A stretch of 33,144 nucleotides of DNA from a virus (Duplodnaviria > Caudoviricetes): positions 1-33,144 of the IMG/VR virus record IMGVR_UViG_3300010362_000065; one strand, 5' to 3'. A program made the position numbers and the translations under genes. The notes beneath the pieces were generated by a model. That model searched no databases, was not told the origin of the DNA, and saw nothing but the letters and a program-made list of their open reading frames with translations. Within the stretch, counting starts at the first letter, position 1. Every line of letters starts with the position of its first letter. This document shows positions 24,323 to 33,144 of this stretch, one piece after another.

Positions 24323-26292
24323 TGGAGGCCTACACGATCGCCCGTCCCAGCACGCGCGACGGCAAAATCGAAATCCCGAAAGAGATCAAAGAACGCTGTG
24401 ACCGGGGCTATGAGCGGATGCAGTCCGAAGCTCCGAAGCGCAACGAGTGTCTCGCCTTCTGGCGCGGCGATCAGTACCGCTTCGTCAATTCGGAAAACGT
24501 GCTTGTCGGTCAGCCGACGACGACGAGCGCCTATGAACGCTCCGGCAAACCGCCGCACGTCGTCCGCCGGACCCGGAACATGGTCTTCGATGTGGTCGAG
24601 CACGAGGTCGCTGCGGCGAACCGCCGGGTTCCGGGCTACGAAGTAACCCCCTCCACACCGGACCCCGAAGACGAGTCGGCGGCGCGCCTCGCCGAGCAGA
24701 TCGCGCGCTACGGCTATGACGAGTGGTCGATCCGCCGCGCGACCGAGGCCGTGATCCGCTACGCCGTCTGTTGCGATGAAGGCTTCGCCTGGCCCTTCTA
24801 CGACGTATCCGTGGGGCCGTTCATGGACGATGGCGAGGGCGGACGGATCGGCCGGGGCGACGTGCGGATCCGCGTCTTCGGCCCGAATGAAGTCTTCTGG
24901 GAGCCCGGCGTCAACTTCGATGATTCGCCCTGGATCGCGATCGTCCAGGCGCGCGACCTTCACCGCACCGAACAGGAACCGGGCTACGTCGGCGGCAAGC
25001 TGCAGGCCGACGCGCAGAACGCCGAAACGGGAGGCGAGCGGACCAAGCAGGCTGCCAAGCTCGTGCTCGTCACCGAGTACCTGGAGCGGCCTTGCCCCGA
25101 CTACCCCGAAGGGCGCTGGTTTACCTTCGCGAACGAACGGGTGATCGTCGGTGAGCGCCCGTACCCCTGCTTCGACCACGAAGGCAAGGTTCTCGATGAG
25201 CCCGTTCTTCACCGCCTCTCCTACGCCGTAGACCCCGATTCGGATCGCGACAAGGGCCTGGTCCGCCACCTGCTCGATGCGCAGCGGACGATCAACAATT
25301 CGACCAACAAGCAGATTATGTGGGTCGATCTGGCGATGAACCCGCAGGTGATTATCTGGAACGGCGGTTTCGCCAAAGGACAGCGGCTCTCGAATGAGCC
25401 CGGAGCCGCCTATAACGCAACCGGGACCGGCAAGATTGAGTGGCGTCCGGTCCCCGAAATGCCGCCCGCGCTGTCGCAGATGAAGTCCGAAGCGATGCGC
25501 GACATGGCGCAGATGGCTGCGCAGAACGATATTCCCGGCTCGGTCGAATCGGCGAAAGGGATTCAGGCGCTGATCGAACGCGATCAGACCCGGCGCTACA
25601 ACTTCACCGCCAATCTCGCCGAGTTCCACTCTCGCTTGATGCGCCACTGCCTCTACCTTGTCCAGCGCTACTACTCCGAGGACCGGCTGATCAAAGTCCA
25701 GGGCGAGTTCGGGGCTGACACGATCCCCGAGTTCCGGGGCTCCGAACTGCGCGGACAAATGGACGTGACGGTCCTACCCGGCACGCTCGAATCGCTCTCG
25801 CGCAAAGCGATGGAAGAACGGATCATGGCCTACGCCGATCGCGGCTGGATCTCGCCGCAGGCGGCGATGGCTGCGATCTCGGGGGGAACGGCCGAATCGC
25901 TGGTCGCCTCCTACCAGAAGGACATTGCCCGCGCGCACCAGATCATCCGCAAAATCAAAGCCGGGCCGGAAGTCCTATTTAACACCCCGCCGCGAATGGA
26001 AAACGGGATGCCGGTCGAGGGCTGGATGCCGCGCCAGTTCGACAACATCGACGTTCAGATGAGCGTCTTCGAGGACTGGATGAAAACAGTGGAGTTCGAT
26101 TCGCTCGAACCGGCGATGCAGGAGGCGGCAAATACCTACTACGAAGCCCTGCGCCAACTGAAATCGCAGAAGCTGGCCGAACAGTCCCAAGCGCAGGAAA
26201 TGATGGCCGTCTCGCAGGGAGCTGCAAACGCGGCGAAACCGCAGGGTCCGATCCCGACCCCGGAAGCCGCCGCCGAACAGCTTCCCGAATAA
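24322..26292 (+). CDS. Portal protein (P22-like size)
   Basis: 656 aa between TerL and scaffold; AFWRGDQ, D..AARLAEQ, DAQRTIN, S..GIQALIE and Q/A/P-rich tail. Confidence 0.85.
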   Translation: MEAYTIARPSTRDGKIEIPKEIKERCDRGYERMQSEAPKRNECLAFWRGDQYRFVNSENVLVGQPTTTSAYERSGKPPHVVRRTRNMVFDVVEHEVAAANRRVPGYEVTPSTPDPEDESAARLAEQIARYGYDEWSIRRATEAVIRYAVCCDEGFAWPFYDVSVGPFMDDGEGGRIGRGDVRIRVFGPNEVFWEPGVNFDDSPWIAIVQARDLHRTEQEPGYVGGKLQADAQNAETGGERTKQAAKLVLVTEYLERPCPDYPEGRWFTFANERVIVGERPYPCFDHEGKVLDEPVLHRLSYAVDPDSDRDKGLVRHLLDAQRTINNSTNKQIMWVDLAMNPQVIIWNGGFAKGQRLSNEPGAAYNATGTGKIEWRPVPEMPPALSQMKSEAMRDMAQMAAQNDIPGSVESAKGIQALIERDQTRRYNFTANLAEFHSRLMRHCLYLVQRYYSEDRLIKVQGEFGADTIPEFRGSELRGQMDVTVLPGTLESLSRKAMEERIMAYADRGWISPQAAMAAISGGTAESLVASYQKDIARAHQIIRKIKAGPEVLFNTPPRMENGMPVEGWMPRQFDNIDVQMSVFEDWMKTVEFDSLEPAMQEAANTYYEALRQLKSQKLAEQSQAQEMMAVSQGAANAAKPQGPIPTPEAAAEQLPE

Positions 26293-26375
26293 GAACTTCG
26301 CGGGTTACCCGCACACGCGACCCGCAAACCAGCAGGACTACGGCGTAAGCCCCTGCGCAACGAAGGAGAAGCACG

Positions 26376-27074
26376 ATGCCCGAAGAGGGAGAGGCCCCTG
26401 TCCAGCAAGAGCCGGTACAGGACACGCCACCAGCGGCCCCCGAAGAGGGGACACCCGTGCCGCCCGAGCCGCAAGGCTCGGAGCCGGAGATCGACTACCA
26501 GAAGCGGTTCGAAGATCTGCAGCCTGAGCTGACGAAAGCGCAGCAGCAGAATGCAGAATTTCGCCGGTTGTACGAAGCCGCCCAAGAAGGGCACCCCGAA
26601 GCGTTGGAGCTGTTGGGGATCGAGCAGCCGGGGCAACCGACAGACGACGACGAGAACTACATCGACCCTGACGAGCAACGTTGGGCGGAATTCGATCAGC
26701 TCAAAGAACACCTGAGCCAGCGCGACGAAGAACAGGAGCAGGCTCAGATCTACGAGCAGGAGGCCGCGCACATAGACGATGCTCTCGATTCGCTCGAATC
26801 CGAGTTGGGTTTCGAGCTGTCGCAAGAAGACGTTGATTTCATAGTCGATCGTGCTGTCACAAATCGCGGCGAAGACGGATTGCCCGACGTTACGGCGGCG
26901 GGGAAAGCATTCCTGAAATCGCTCGAATCGGCCCGTGATCGGTACATGGAGCAGCGTAAGAACGCACCGAAAGCTCCGGTCGGTTCTCCGGGAGAGGAGA
27001 ACATAGACCTCCGCGACGACGAGTCGCGTCGGCGCGAGCTGGCGCGCACGATGGAGTCAGAGGGGTCCGAATAG
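26376..27074 (+). CDS. Capsid scaffolding protein
   Basis: Very acidic, P/E-rich N-terminus, DYQKRFEDLQPELTK coiled coil; between portal and capsid. Confidence 0.8.
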   Translation: MPEEGEAPVQQEPVQDTPPAAPEEGTPVPPEPQGSEPEIDYQKRFEDLQPELTKAQQQNAEFRRLYEAAQEGHPEALELLGIEQPGQPTDDDENYIDPDEQRWAEFDQLKEHLSQRDEEQEQAQIYEQEAAHIDDALDSLESELGFELSQEDVDFIVDRAVTNRGEDGLPDVTAAGKAFLKSLESARDRYMEQRKNAPKAPVGSPGEENIDLRDDESRRRELARTMESEGSE

Positions 27075-27088
27075 AAAGGACCGACCCA

Positions 27089-28303
27089 ATGGCTGCGACC
27101 CTGCAGTCGTTGAACGTCGCCCTGCAGCGTGTCTGGACTCAGAAAACGCTTGAGGAGCAGCTCTACCAAGAAACACCGTTCCTCGACAAACTGAAAAAGA
27201 AGGACACCTACACTGTGGGCGAGACGGCTCGCGTCCCCCTTCACGTCTCCCGGAATGGTGGATATACCGCGCTCCCTGACGGGGGTGGGGAATTGAACCC
27301 TGCCGGGAACCAGGGGCTCGCAAAAGCCGAGTTCAACTACACCAACCATCACCAGCCGATCGCGATCCAGGGTGACGCGATCGACGGAACCAAGGGCGAC
27401 ACGAACGCGATCGTGGAAGCCGCCGATGTGGAGATCAAGGGGGCGCTGACCGATCTGAACCGGCAGCTCACCCGGCAGCTCTTCATGGACGGCAGCGCCC
27501 TGATTACGCCATGCGCCGCATCGACGGGTAACACCGTCGAGCTGGACCCGGTTCTGGGGCAGTCCGCCCTCGAACGCGGTTGGCTGTTCATCAACCAGCC
27601 GATCATCATCGGGTCCAAAGCCTCCGAGCAGTCCGTCTCTACGACGGTTCGGACGGTGACGGGGTTCGAAGAAGGAGCGACCCCGAAACTGACCGTCTCT
27701 GGCGCGGCGGTCACAACCGAGACTGCGACCGACTATGTGTCGCAGTCCAAATCGCGCACCGGAGAAGTCTCCTATGAGATGAACGGACTGAAGAATGTTG
27801 TGTCCGAAACCCTCTCACTGGGGAAACTCTCTCCGGCGACAGAGCCGACGTGGAAGGCCACGGTCAACAGCACGTCGGGTCCGCTCTCGCTCGCACTCCT
27901 GCTCACGGCGAAGCGGCGGGTCAACCAGAAACGGGGTAAATCCCCGAACTTCTTGCTGACCTCCCTTAAGCAGCAAGCGAAATTCTACGAATTGCTGCAG
28001 CAGCAGGCCCGGTACGTCGGCGGAGACGATTCGCTGAACGCCGGGGGTGACCAGAAGGTGAAGTGGGACAGTATGGACATTTGGGCTGATCCGGACTGTC
28101 CGGATCCGGAACTCTACATGGGTCGGTACGAGCACTTCTTCATGCTCGCGCTCGACAAACCGTACTGGCAGAACAAAGTGACCGGGGGAGAAATCCTCCA
28201 GTGGCGACTGGGAACGGATGAATACCAGGCCAAAGTCACTTACCGCTGCAACCTCGGTGCCAACCGGAGAAACGATCTCTATCGATTCTCCGCACTTACC
28301 TGA
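27089..28303 (+). CDS. Major capsid protein
   Basis: 404 aa after the scaffold, AAAGGA RBS, followed by a hairpin; HK97-like layout. Confidence 0.85.
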   Translation: MAATLQSLNVALQRVWTQKTLEEQLYQETPFLDKLKKKDTYTVGETARVPLHVSRNGGYTALPDGGGELNPAGNQGLAKAEFNYTNHHQPIAIQGDAIDGTKGDTNAIVEAADVEIKGALTDLNRQLTRQLFMDGSALITPCAASTGNTVELDPVLGQSALERGWLFINQPIIIGSKASEQSVSTTVRTVTGFEEGATPKLTVSGAAVTTETATDYVSQSKSRTGEVSYEMNGLKNVVSETLSLGKLSPATEPTWKATVNSTSGPLSLALLLTAKRRVNQKRGKSPNFLLTSLKQQAKFYELLQQQARYVGGDDSLNAGGDQKVKWDSMDIWADPDCPDPELYMGRYEHFFMLALDKPYWQNKVTGGEILQWRLGTDEYQAKVTYRCNLGANRRNDLYRFSALT

Positions 28304-28309
28304 GCAAAT

Positions 28310-28347
28310 ATGGCCCTGGTGGGGGAAACCCCGCCGGGGCCATTCTT
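28310..28347 (+). terminator. Hairpin after the major capsid gene
   Basis: ATGGCCCTGGTGGGG-GAAA-CCCCGCCGGGGCCAT then TCTT. Confidence 0.65.
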
Positions 28348-28358
28348 GGAGGTAAACC

Positions 28359-28853
28359 GTGTTTGACAGGTTCGGACTGCTCCCCGATCACATTCGGGGG
28401 GAAATCGAAAACGAGGATGCGCTCGACCGCCAGGTTGGAGTCGCACGCTATATCGATCAGGCGCTGAAGGCCCATGACCCGAATCTCGGGCTCGTCTTCG
28501 TCAAACCGAACGTCGAAGAATGGGAGCTGCCGACCGGGGCGATCGCCGGGCGCTGGCACGTAGAGGTTAAGGCTCCGGGCCTGCCCAATATCTACTACCC
28601 GATCGTCGGGCCGGAGGGCGAGTTTCGCGAGCCGACCCACACCGTACTTGACGAAATGCAGCAGCGCGATCTCCATCGCGAGGAAGCGATGCGATCGCTG
28701 ATCGGCCGTCAGGCCCGCGCCGAAGCCAAGGCACGCAGGCAGCGCGAGCTGGCCGATGAACAGCGCCGCGACGAACTGGCGCTCGACCTCCGCGCCGGGA
28801 AGCGGGTCGCCGGAGAGGGCGGGCTTACGAAAAGTAAGTGGGGACGGGGATGA
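28359..28853 (+). CDS. Hypothetical virion-module protein
   Basis: GGAGG RBS, 164 aa. Confidence 0.7.
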   Translation: MFDRFGLLPDHIRGEIENEDALDRQVGVARYIDQALKAHDPNLGLVFVKPNVEEWELPTGAIAGRWHVEVKAPGLPNIYYPIVGPEGEFREPTHTVLDEMQQRDLHREEAMRSLIGRQARAEAKARRQRELADEQRRDELALDLRAGKRVAGEGGLTKSKWGRG

Positions 28854-29461
28854 ACCGCGAAGCGCTGATAACCGAGCTGAAAGCACGCGGCTTCGACTAC
28901 CTGCCTGCGTCGCGCTGCGCGAACTACCTGAACGATGCCTATCTGGTCGATATCTGCGAGCAGGAGGATTGGCCGTTCCTGCAAGCGCTGGAAACCGGGA
29001 TTGCGCCGCTGAGCATTCTCGACCTTCGCTCGGTCAGGTGGGTAATCGATGCGACCAACGAAGTCAAGCTCGCACCCCTCGATCCGAGAGAGATAACCGA
29101 CAATTATGGAGCGAACATCGCCGAAGCCGGAACCCCGTCGTTCTGGTACATGCAAAGCGCAGAGACGCTGGCGACCTTCCCTACCTCTACCACGATCACT
29201 CTGCAGGTCGCATATTGGCGCGCGCCATCGCTTCTAGAAGGGGCGAGCGATGAACCCGTTCTCCCTACCCGCTTTCACTCGCTGGTCATAGACGGCGCGG
29301 TTGCGCGCGCGTATGAGGATTCCGACGACTACGAACTGGCGCAGAACGCCAGGGAAAACTTCGAAGCGCGGTTGCAGCGGATGCGCGAATCGCTGCTCGG
29401 TCAGAATCGCGATCTGCCGGATGAATTTATCTCGATGATCGATCCGGGGGAGGCAGCGTGA
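28850..29461 (+). CDS. Head-tail adaptor (podovirus-type)
   Basis: YLNDAY.DIC...DWPFL, GTPSFWY, D.PVLP.RFH.LVIDGA motifs; position after capsid. Confidence 0.75.
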   Translation: MNREALITELKARGFDYLPASRCANYLNDAYLVDICEQEDWPFLQALETGIAPLSILDLRSVRWVIDATNEVKLAPLDPREITDNYGANIAEAGTPSFWYMQSAETLATFPTSTTITLQVAYWRAPSLLEGASDEPVLPTRFHSLVIDGAVARAYEDSDDYELAQNARENFEARLQRMRESLLGQNRDLPDEFISMIDPGEAA

Positions 29462-31023
29462 CCTACGAATCGTTCCCGCTCGATTCCTTCGCCAAGGGCT
29501 TGAACCTGCGCGACAAGCCCGATGCGGTCGATCCCGAAGAGTGCATTGATGCGATGAACGTCGTCTTCTCCGACCGGGGGGCGATCGAGCAGCGCTTCGG
29601 CTATCACCAGTTCACCCCGGTCGCGCTGCCGGGGACGGCGCTGAACATGGAACCGTTCTATACGACGACGGGGCTTCATCAGATACTCGTCGGCGGCGAT
29701 AGTTGGGTGCAGGCGTTGAATAACGCGGGCGGCGGGGTTGCGAATGAAGTCGGCTTGACACCGGGGCCGTTCTTCGATTTCGCCCGCTTCGGCAAACCGA
29801 ACGAAGAGGTTGCTTACGCCGGGAATGGGCGGGTACCGCTGTTGAAGTGGAACAGCGCCGCCTGGACGAAACCGACTGCGAAAGTCAACGGCGAAGCCGG
29901 AAAAGAAATGCCGAGGGCGGGGGCGATCTGTGCCGATCCGAATAACAACAGGCTCGTCTGCGCGGGGTTCGGCACGACAACCGGCGGGCCGGGCGGAGCC
30001 GTCTCCTCCCCTTCACACGTCTATTTCTCCGAGCCCGGCGAACCCGAGAACTACGAAAAAACCTCTGTGGTACAGCTTACGCCTGGTGACGGGGAGCGGA
30101 TTCAGGCGGTAGTCGCATGGCGCGAGTTCGTCTTCATCTTCAAGGAAACGAAATTCTTCGTTTTCGGCGGTAACGAAACCGACAAAGACGGCAACCCGAT
30201 CTTTATCTGGCGTCCGGTCGATACCGGGATCGGCCTCTCGGCTCCGCGCGGGGTCTGTGTCCACACGACGGGTGTCTACTTCGTCAATCACCAGGGTGTT
30301 TACCGCACGGGCGGGCAGGAGCCCGAACTGGTCAGCTCGATGATCGAGCCGATCTTCCACACCGAGGAGTCGGCGTCGCCGTTCTACCTGGGCGGGGTTC
30401 TCGATCACACGTTCTGCGACGACATAGTTCTCAGCGCGCACGAGGATCGGGTCTATGTCGGCTTCGGTAGCAAAGAAGCGAATGACCGCGCCCTGGTCTA
30501 TGACGTGCAGTTTGAATGGTGGTCGATCACCGATCTCCCGGTTCGGACCCTGACCACGTTCGAGGCGACCGCATCCGCGCCCGAACTGTTCTTCGGCAGC
30601 GGTAAACAGATCTTCAAATACGCTGCCAACTTCACCGAAGACAACGAAGCTGCGATCGAATCGCGCTGGCGCTCGGGCTGGTTTGACGAGGACTCCCCCG
30701 ATGTGAAGACGATCCGCTCCTCGAAGGTGTGGGGCTCCGGCAAATGCTTCTGCGGGCTCGGCTATGACTTCCGGCTGGAGACGGGGCAGCTTGTCCAGCT
30801 CGATTTCTCGGCCGGTGACGTGGATCAGTGGGATGAGACGACGTGGGGCGGAGGGCAGTGGGCCGAGCCGCGCGGTCTGCTCGCCGACTACCGGCGGGTT
30901 GCGGTTCGCGGCGCTGTCTTCTCCCTCTTCTTCTCGAACAACCTCAAAGGACAAACGTGGTCGGTACATCGCGTATCGCACCATCTACGAGAGATCAAGC
31001 GACCTTCGGTGGTGAGAGCGTGA
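29458..31023 (+). CDS. Tail hub/nozzle (P22 gp10-like stabilisation protein)
   Basis: F..GLN, VYFSEPGEPE, FIFKET, GIGL.APR, GVYF....GVY beta-propeller-like pattern after the adaptor. Confidence 0.75.
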   Translation: MTYESFPLDSFAKGLNLRDKPDAVDPEECIDAMNVVFSDRGAIEQRFGYHQFTPVALPGTALNMEPFYTTTGLHQILVGGDSWVQALNNAGGGVANEVGLTPGPFFDFARFGKPNEEVAYAGNGRVPLLKWNSAAWTKPTAKVNGEAGKEMPRAGAICADPNNNRLVCAGFGTTTGGPGGAVSSPSHVYFSEPGEPENYEKTSVVQLTPGDGERIQAVVAWREFVFIFKETKFFVFGGNETDKDGNPIFIWRPVDTGIGLSAPRGVCVHTTGVYFVNHQGVYRTGGQEPELVSSMIEPIFHTEESASPFYLGGVLDHTFCDDIVLSAHEDRVYVGFGSKEANDRALVYDVQFEWWSITDLPVRTLTTFEATASAPELFFGSGKQIFKYAANFTEDNEAAIESRWRSGWFDEDSPDVKTIRSSKVWGSGKCFCGLGYDFRLETGQLVQLDFSAGDVDQWDETTWGGGQWAEPRGLLADYRRVAVRGAVFSLFFSNNLKGQTWSVHRVSHHLREIKRPSVVRA

Positions 31024-31766
31024 CCGACGTAATTCTTCCCAAGCTCGACCAGACCGGCGACAACGAATGGGCCGATGTTCAAGACAACGATCTCGCCCTG
31101 CGCAACGTAATCAACGGGCAGCTCGACAACGGCAACCTCAGCGGCGCGGCGGGAATCACCGCGAACAACATCGATCCCGCCCTGCTGTCGCAGATGGGGG
31201 TTGGAACGGGGCTGCGCGGTAAATCGGTGATCCCGACCGAAGAGTCAAAGAGCGGCGCGAGCTACGGGATGCTGCCGACGCCGGATCGCGTTTCCGGCCT
31301 GAACATACCCGCCGCCGGGTTCATCGCCGTCCACTTCGACGCCAAGGTGAAAAGCTCGGTTGCCGGTGCCGGACGGGTCGCGATCTACCTGAATGAAACC
31401 GACGTGCGCACGCGCGGCAATGGCCAGTTTCCGCAGTCGATCACCGCGCCGACGCGGGCGACCGAACCGGGCACCTTCGTCGCCGTCACCGCCACGTCAT
31501 TCGGCCTGGTAGCCGCCTCACGCGCGATCAACGTCGGCAGCCCGGATCTGACCACGGGACAGACGCTCGGCGAGCCCTTCATCGACGGCTTCGGGATGCG
31601 CTACGACCTGGGCGGGACGATCCGCGAAGTGGCGGACGAGGCGACCGGGGTCTGCTACATAAAAGCCGCCGCCGGAACCTACGACCTGAGCATCCGCTAC
31701 TTCGCCTCCAGCGGTTCGATTTCGGCCAAAGAACGGATCCTCTACGTCTGGACGGAGGGCTTCTGA
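31020..31766 (+). CDS. Minor tail/fibre-related protein
   Basis: GTG 31020 overlaps the upstream stop; [10 protein letters not shown] then a beta-rich domain. Confidence 0.65.
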   Translation: MTDVILPKLDQTGDNEWADVQDNDLALRNVINGQLDNGNLSGAAGITANNIDPALLSQMGVGTGLRGKSVIPTEESKSGASYGMLPTPDRVSGLNIPAAGFIAVHFDAKVKSSVAGAGRVAIYLNETDVRTRGNGQFPQSITAPTRATEPGTFVAVTATSFGLVAASRAINVGSPDLTTGQTLGEPFIDGFGMRYDLGGTIREVADEATGVCYIKAAAGTYDLSIRYFASSGSISAKERILYVWTEGF

Positions 31767-33144
31767 TGGCCAATCCTCCGGTCCTACCCGGCGGGCCGGT
31801 TCGCGATCCCGCTACGCAACAGAACCTCGAAGCGTTGCGGCGGCGGATCCGCGAAGTAGGGGAACAGAAAGCCGAAGAAGGAGGGCCTCCTGGTCCCGAA
31901 GGACCGCCGGGACCGGAAGGGCCAGAAGGTCCGCCAGGGCCTACGGGTCCAGAAGGGATTCAGGGGAAAGAAGGGAAAGAAGGGAAAGAAGGGCCGAAAG
32001 GGGCGACCGGGGCGGAAGGTCCGAAAGGGGCGACCGGGGCGCAGGGGCTGATGGGCGGTGGGTTCCGCTACACCCTCGACCTCAGCACGATTGCCGAAGG
32101 TGACCCCGGAAAAGGCAAACTGCGGCCTAACAACGCCGTGCTCGGGACGGCGACCAAATACTTCATCGATGAGGAAGACGTTGCAGGCGGACTGGCGAAA
32201 TCGTTCATCGAAACATGGGACGATTCGACTTCGCCTCAGAAGGGTTACGTTCTCATCCAGAAGGAGAACACCCTTTCCTACCAGCTTGCATCGGTAACCG
32301 CCGTCACTTCCAAAACCGGCTTTCTCACGGTCACGGTTACGCCGGTCGTCGGAGTCGGGGCGGGGATCGTCAGCGGCGACTCGCTGATTATCAGCTTCTT
32401 TCGCACAGGCGACCAAGGTGAAACCGGGCCGAAAGGTGAAACCGGGCCGAAAGGTGAAACCGGCTCCCCCGGAGTCTTCTGGCGCGGGGAATGGCAGGTC
32501 GCGGCCACCTACGTCAAAGACGACGGCGTGTTCTGGAAAGGCTCATCGTGGCGGGCGCTGCGGGAAAACAAAGGCAGCGAACCGGGGGTCAACCCGCTCG
32601 ACTGGACACCGATCGCCGTCAAAGGCGATACCGGGGCGACTGGTCCGACAGGCCCGGAAGGTAAAGAAGGCCCGCCCGGACCGCCGGGAGAATCCTCGGC
32701 GGTTGACTACGGGATCGTTGAAACGCTGCCCTCGGTCGGAGTGGCGGTCGGTTCCCTCTGCACGTTCAAAGCGGCAACGGGGGTTTATTGGCAGTTTATC
32801 TACACGGGCGAAGCCGAATATCCGTGGGCGAAGATTGGCGGCCCACCGTTGATCGCCACGACTAGTCCCGGTGCCCAGAGCAACACTTCCTATAACGAAA
32901 CATCGATTCCCAAACTGAACTATCCGCTCAGTGGCGACTACATAATCGGTTGGGGGGTGCAGTTTCGCAGCAGCTTGGCCGGGGATACCGGCTACTTCCG
33001 CATTGCCTACTTCTCGAACAAAGTCGAAACCTATGCGAATACGATCGGACGGGTTACTTCAACCGGGGCAATCTCGCTCATGGAGCGCAGGGCGCACGCG
33101 GGTCGGACGGCGGGGCAGCAGGCCGATACGCGCTACAAAGTTGA
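31766..33144 (+). CDS. Collagen-like tail fibre with carbohydrate-binding-like module (3' end outside the window)
   Basis: ATG 31766 (TGATG), open to the window end and so missing from the track; Gly-X-Y runs (GPP GPE GKE GET) and WRGEW..AATY.KDD.V.WKGSSW.A....PG....W resembling CBM5/12. Confidence 0.8.
   Translation, partial: MANPPVLPGGPVRDPATQQNLEALRRRIREVGEQKAEEGGPPGPEGPPGPEGPEGPPGPTGPEGIQGKEGKEGKEGPKGATGAEGPKGATGAQGLMGGGFRYTLDLSTIAEGDPGKGKLRPNNAVLGTATKYFIDEEDVAGGLAKSFIETWDDSTSPQKGYVLIQKENTLSYQLASVTAVTSKTGFLTVTVTPVVGVGAGIVSGDSLIISFFRTGDQGETGPKGETGPKGETGSPGVFWRGEWQVAATYVKDDGVFWKGSSWRALRENKGSEPGVNPLDWTPIAVKGDTGATGPTGPEGKEGPPGPPGESSAVDYGIVETLPSVGVAVGSLCTFKAATGVYWQFIYTGEAEYPWAKIGGPPLIATTSPGAQSNTSYNETSIPKLNYPLSGDYIIGWGVQFRSSLAGDTGYFRIAYFSNKVETYANTIGRVTSTGAISLMERRAHAGRTAGQQADTRYKV

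Larger units (their letters stand above)
1..33144. mobile_element. Temperate tailed phage (podovirus-like head/tail module), probably the excised/circular form; likely actinobacterial host
   Basis: Replication, integrase, attP, TerL, portal, scaffold, capsid and tail genes are present and no host housekeeping genes are seen. The att site is intact and internal. Confidence 0.93.

Noticed and set aside
20226-30984. Long minus-strand ORFs (e.g. 20226..21524, 21779..23359, 24289..25758, 30013..30984), and likewise 274..1740
   Set aside because: Antisense shadows of well-supported plus-strand genes in GC-rich DNA; no motifs or RBS.
32058-33144. Track ORFs 32058..32297, 32215..32421, 32418..32852 and 32950..33144 as separate genes or a frameshifted gene
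   Set aside because: A single frame from 31766 is open to the window end and encodes the collagen-like fibre.

Overview
A continuous stretch of a GC-rich temperate tailed phage. An mIHF homologue and a tRNA-Gly att site suggest an actinobacterial host, probably Thermoleophilia-like. Gene order: rightward early/replication genes (SSB-like, initiator, helicase loader, mIHF), excisionase, tyrosine integrase, then an intact attP (5' half of tRNA-Gly(GCC) between 21-bp direct repeats). A leftward accessory block follows (ArdC, DUF6927-like, HTH genes, shared leader motif), then basic proteins, an SLT + M15 peptidoglycan hydrolase, TerL, portal, scaffold, major capsid and podovirus-type tail genes ending in a collagen-like fibre that runs off the window. 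The standout is 7333-9209: a ~755-bp array of about 142 GGYNN pentamers, cut into 12 units by 4-nt GGCA-type marks, directly upstream of a stand-alone RAMP/Cas7-like gene and a coupled partner gene. Read as codon positions 1-2, the NN dinucleotides of several units spell conserved protein motifs (Vsr FVDGCFWH, ImmA/IrrE RFTIAHEIGH, tyrosine-integrase GMRWSELAAL). This points to an RNA-guided, wobble-skipping, gapped DNA recognition system aimed at other mobile elements. All calls are by eye; no database search was run.
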